Assembly: GCA_039931165.1 (NCBI GenBank)
Contig: JBDTSL010000001.1
Location: forward strand, 66,214-130,213
From: Candidatus Doudnabacteria bacterium
Lineage (GTDB): Bacteria; Patescibacteriota; Doudnabacteria; UBA920; O2-02-FULL-48-8
DNA length: 64,000 nucleotides
Direction: 5' to 3'
The number at the start of each line of letters is the position of its first letter. Position 1 is the stretch's first letter. Both the position numbers and the translations under genes were made by a program. This document shows positions 63,866-64,000 of the stretch, one piece after another. Below the pieces are notes generated by a model. The model was not told the DNA's origin, made no database searches, and saw only the letters and a program-made list of their open reading frames with translations.

Positions 63866-64000
63866 TTACTTTGTAATCTTCAGCACCACGCCTGCCCCTA
63901 CGGTGTGTCCACCTTCGCGGATAGCAAAGCGCATCTTTTCTTCCATGGCTACCGGGGTAATCAGCTTAATATTCAGGGTAACTGTATCGCCGGGCATGAC
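63866..64000 (-). CDS. tuf: Elongation factor Tu, 3' end (partial)
   Basis: VMPGDTV...[17 protein letters not shown]. Confidence 0.96.
   Translation of the reverse strand, partial: VMPGDTVTLNIKLITPVAMEEKMRFAIREGGHTVGAGVVLKITK

Noticed and set aside
1-64000. tRNA, rRNA, transposase, integrase or prophage genes
   Set aside because: No cloverleaf, rRNA signature or recombinase/transposase motif was recognised by eye.

Overview
This is a 64-kb core-genome segment of a Patescibacteria/CPR bacterium, probably Parcubacteria-related such as Doudnabacteria. That assignment is inferred from the missing rpmD between rpsE and rplO, extended ribosomal proteins, split transketolase, archaeal-type ProRS and SD-less housekeeping genes. 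Almost all genes are on the minus strand: tuf 3' end, S10-spc operon to secY, two adk, map, htrA, ruvX, a glycolysis/pentose-phosphate cluster, recJ, rnhA, murB, murA, two mreB, mreCD-pbp2, holB, frr, rseP, proS, greA, msrA and lysS. No rRNA, tRNA, CRISPR array or transposase was seen. The most notable non-annotated structure is: (1) a four-copy 131-146 bp terminal-inverted-repeat element inserted exactly at TAA stop codons with an apparent TAAA duplication, so its closing stem brings the upstream stop next to the downstream start; (2) 30-nt twin-hairpin palindromes inserted in frame in proteins including uL6 and uL23; (3) a candidate ~230-nt structured ncRNA with its own sigma70 promoter and terminator, flanked by 11-bp-phased DnaA-box-like arrays; (4) a modular array of membrane-anchored PsbP-like proteins with a 264-bp near-identical repeat and five divergent domains between gap and pgk; (5) opposite-strand promoter-SD-ORFan-terminator cassettes and their apparent remnants; (6) heptamer-repeat hairpins at many gene junctions. 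All structures and identities were read by eye and need computational confirmation.
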